DNA of 63,436 nucleotides, the filler included, from Olpidium bornovanus S191 (taxonomy: Eukaryota > Fungi > Olpidiomycota): assembly GCA_017911155.1 (NCBI GenBank). It is 31 parts of 31 records of this genome, joined end to end, with 100 filler letters (N's around TTAATTAATTAA, not from the genome) between each part and the next. Parts side by side here need not be neighbours in the genome. Positions count along the whole stretch, not along the records: positions 60,225 to 62,327 come from JAEFCI010001745.1; positions 62,428 to 63,436 come from JAEFCI010011418.1; 29 more parts are not named here. One strand, 5' to 3'. The notes under the pieces were generated by a model that was given only the letters and a program-made list of their open reading frames with translations, was not told the DNA's origin and did not search any database. Below, one piece after another: positions 60,225 through 63,436 of the stretch. Each line of letters opens with the position of its first letter. Positions within the stretch are counted from its first letter, which is position 1. The position numbers and the translations under genes were made by a program.

Positions 60225-62189
60225 CATGGATGGCCAGGAAGCTGTCGTTCCGCTCATCGGACGATGACACTTCTTCACAAAGTTCGCGCAGCCGCGCGGA
60301 AAAAGGGCCCGAGGCTTCTACACGCAAGTCGGGCGCTGACGGTGCTCCGCCGCTGTCCCATTTGGCCGGCACCGGTTCGTCGCCAGCGTGTGACCTTGCC
60401 AAAATAATCCAGGCGCCAAAAGGCGAAGGCCGAGGGAAGGTCAAACCGCTGAATTTGTCGACAGAGACGGGCGGAATCGACGATTTGTCCCCCGGCCCGG
60501 CGTCGGGCGCAACCGCCGAAGAGTTGTCCGCGGATGTGCTTGAACCGCGATTGCGGGATGCCCTCGATCGTGTAACCGCTCTCCGCCATTTGGCCAGGTC
60601 GGCGACCGCAGACATCGACTTGGCGAAGCACGCGAAAGAGGCGATGTGCGAACTCGGAAGACTCGCACCGTTGTTGAAATCACCGCCCGTCGGCTCGCGT
60701 GATCAGCTGGCCCAGATCCAGAGCCATATGAGCAATATTATGTATCTCACAGAGCAGAACCGAGAATTGGAGAAGCTGGTAACGAATTCGGCTAGTGAGT
60801 CGGCCAAAACCTCCATCGTCCGAATAGTAAGTTGACTGCGGCAGTCCCTGTTTCCCGCAATCTTGTATTCTTGGCCTGCTTTGCGGCCGGGAGGGTTCCT
60901 GGAAGTATATTTTATTTACGTTTTGCTGTTATAAGTTTGCGAGATCAGTGTACCATTCCAGTCTAATTTATTTACTAATCAGGTACAATGTCCTCGCCTC
61001 GCGCCGATTCCTGCAGTTGAAAGGGGTTGCGCTTCGTTCCACAATTATTCTATTCGAGCATATCCCGCAATCTATCTCTTGTCATGGCTTGGTTTTTCCG
61101 GTCAAGGGTTACCAAATAGAACATTCTGGCTTATCTAAACGGAAAAGATCTCACTTTGAACACGTGGACAGCAATGCGAAGTGGTACAGAAAATATTTCC
61201 TCGGGAGAGGTAAGCAGGGCCCGCGAATCCTCGACTGGCGCCGCAGATCCGGGAACGGCGGGGCTTAGACGAAAATTCTTTTTGCCACAGAACATAAGAA
61301 TTACATGGGCCTCAATGACGCGGAGGGCCCTGTGCTGGTTTCAGTGGTGCGAGAGGAGTCGTCGATGGTTTCCCCGACAGATTCTACGCAGCAGCGGGTG
61401 TTTTACCTCGTCATTGTCAGGCGGAGAGATGCGCCCGACATCCGCGCCGTGGTCTCGGGCGCCGATCTGCCGGTCAAGAGCAAAGGTGGAGAGCCCAGCA
61501 AGGGGCACTGGCTGGCGGCTATGAATGCGGCGGCCGGGCAGGCTCTCGCGCCGTACGGCGGGCCCGCCAAGCTCAAGCGGATCAAGGACCGGGGAATCGT
61601 GAACGACATCCTGTCGTTCGACGAGCACCAGGTCTGTACGAGTGGGACGGGGGGAAGCGGGCGTGGTATATCAAGTGCGAAACAGGCCGTTGATTGAGCC
61701 GATAGTCAACAATGGCCGTCGGGGTGGAGGGAGAAGTACTGTGAATTTAACGCCTTCGGAATCCGCTTTCCTCGGCAGCTGTCGAACCGATTCAAGGTCG
61801 GCATAATGTACTGCGCCGCCGGACAACTCGCCGAAGACGACTGGTTTGGGAACCGGACAGGATCCGCCGAGTTTGATGCCTTCCTCTCCGTCGTCGGCCA
61901 GAAGATACGTCTGCGGGGTTGGACCGGGTACGCGGCCGGGCTGGACACCAAATGTATGCCTGCGACGCTTTTGGGCTCGCCACCTGTCCATTCCCCAAAC
62001 TTATGGCGTAGATTGATCCGATCGCGTAAATCTCCCGGGGGGTCCGCGTAGCCGGCAACACCGGCGAGTTCACTGTAGTCAACGACTCGACCTTGGCGGG
62101 ATACGAAGTGACCTACCACGTCTCCACGCTGTTGCCCTACATCGAAGGAGATAGCCAGCAGATTCAGCGCAAGCGCCACATCGGCAACG
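60225..62189 (+). CDS. Rap/Ran-GAP domain protein (RAP1GAP/GARNL3-like); partial
   Basis: [11 protein letters not shown]|EHKNYMG..GPVLVSV; [46 protein letters not shown]; [13 protein letters not shown]...[11 protein letters not shown](D). Confidence 0.93.
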
Positions 62190-62207
62190 GTAAGGCGCCG
62201 CGGGGGC

Positions 62208-62247
<40 letters not shown>

Positions 62248-62461
62248 GGGGGGGGGGGGGAAAAAAAAAAGGGGGGGGAAAAAAGTTTTTGGTGAGAAAG
62301 TTTTTTTTTTTTTTTTTTTTTATGGCGNNNNNNNNNNNNNNNNNNNNNNNNNNNNNNNNNNNNNNNNNNNNTTAATTAATTAANNNNNNNNNNNNNNNNN
62401 NNNNNNNNNNNNNNNNNNNNNNNNNNNAAAAAGGTTGTTTTCTTTCCCATCCCAAGCCCCC

Positions 62462-62529
<68 letters not shown>

Positions 62530-62702
62530 TCTCGTCGACGGCGCAAGTTTGCGTTTGTGGGGATTAATTAAGGCTACGTGTGTGAGCGTACAAAATGTGC
62601 GGCGTGCGTTAACGGTGAAACAGACGGAATACGTGACGGCATTCCCAAACCCCCCCTCCCACCACCACCACCAAAAAAGCGCGTTACGTCACGACCGAAA
62701 CG

Positions 62703-63436
62703 TCAGCGCGGCAGAAAGCGGTCGAAATACGCAATGGCGTCGTCCGAGCCCATGTCCTGGAAAGTCCCCGCGACGTGGCGGTCTGGCCGCACCACGACCG
62801 TCCGAGGGAGGACGAAGTTGGTGGCGATGCCGTAGCGCCTAAACGCCTCCCCGGTCTTGTCGAGCCAGTGCTTGATTTCCGGGTCCCGGGCCGCGCTCCA
62901 CGCGCTCCAGGCCGCGATCTTTTCCGCTCCGGTTCCCGGGGGCCAGATGACGTGGAACGAGAAGTCCGCCGACTGGTACCGCTCCCGGAGGTCGTCGACC
63001 ATCGCCTGGAGAGCCGCCTGAGTGCCGTAATCCCGGCTCCGGTCCGCCCCGGCGAACTGGAGGAAACAGAACCCGGTCGCCGGCGCGAAGATGGCGTCGT
63101 AGACGCGCGTGTCGACGACCGGCTCCGGCCCGCCCGGTCTCGTTATTCGCGCGTCGCGGGCCCTCGCCCCCGGGGCCGGCGGCGTCGGCCGCGAGAGTAC
63201 CAGGTCCAGCAGAAAGGTCAGAAAGCGCCGCCTGGGGGAAGCGTAGTGGAGCGGGCTATCCGGGTAACATATCCCGCTCATGGTGGCAGCGCGCGCGAAC
63301 GCGGTCCTGAACGGTCGGATGCCGAAAGCGAGCGAGAGCAGGACGCGCCGCACGTAGAACATCACCGTCGACGAGGGGCCGAGCGCGAAGTTCAGGCCGA
63401 TTTCGGCGCGGTTCAGAATTAGCTCCGCGACGGGCG
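62703..63436 (-). CDS. FAD-dependent aromatic monooxygenase (phenol-hydroxylase-like); C-terminal thioredoxin-like domain, 5'-partial
   Basis: PVAELIL...SGICYPDSPL...RARDARI...LDKTGEAFRRYG...VVVRPDRHVAG, followed by a stop at 62703. Confidence 0.8.
   Translation of the reverse strand, partial: PVAELILNRAEIGLNFALGPSSTVMFYVRRVLLSLAFGIRPFRTAFARAATMSGICYPDSPLHYASPRRRFLTFLLDLVLSRPTPPAPGARARDARITRPGGPEPVVDTRVYDAIFAPATGFCFLQFAGADRSRDYGTQAALQAMVDDLRERYQSADFSFHVIWPPGTGAEKIAAWSAWSAARDPEIKHWLDKTGEAFRRYGIATNFVLPRTVVVRPDRHVAGTFQDMGSDDAIAYFDRFLPR

Overview
This window is not one contiguous locus. It is 31 short contigs (about 1-4.5 kb each) joined by 30 identical artificial 100-bp linkers (44 N + TTAATTAATTAA + 44 N), so adjacency across a linker means nothing biologically. 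The DNA is mostly from a GC-rich, intron-rich eukaryote with fungal-type genes. The PFN4-like profilin, the homopolymer-laden introns and the fragmented assembly suggest an early-diverging, possibly zoosporic fungus such as Olpidium (inference, not verified). The ORF track is intron-blind and allows GTG/TTG starts, so most listed ORFs are antisense or homopolymer noise. It also misses real genes such as the Asteroid/XPG-like nuclease at 1-1512. Recognisable gene fragments: Asteroid-like nuclease, Dbf2/Sid2 kinase, Sec7, a degenerate sphingolipid C9-methyltransferase-like protein, thymidylate kinase, PFN4-like profilin, Coa4, SLC12A9/Vhc1, Ddi1, Sec6, an RBM5/10-like G-patch, Sti1, an FHA/forkhead factor, a Upf1-like helicase, Vps68, oligopeptidase B, Lon/Pim1, a MAPK, dolichol kinase, RapGAP, an FAD monooxygenase and one tRNA-Pro(CGG). 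The most notable observations are five. (1) A bacterial-type tyrosine-recombinase fragment is fused to a fungal MAPK exon exactly at a CATG site, and 18 of 60 contig ends sit at CATG, which points to restriction/ligation chimerism and a co-sequenced bacterium. (2) The 5' end of an LTR retrotransposon has TGTTG...CAACA termini, a half-tRNAiMet primer site and an 8 x 29-bp leader array. (3) The C9-methyltransferase paralog has a degenerate SAM motif. (4) There is a MITE-like inverted-repeat element. (5) The Upf1-family helicase looks plant-like. No CRISPR array, rRNA or convincing new multi-gene system is supported. All family assignments come from recalled motifs, not database searches.
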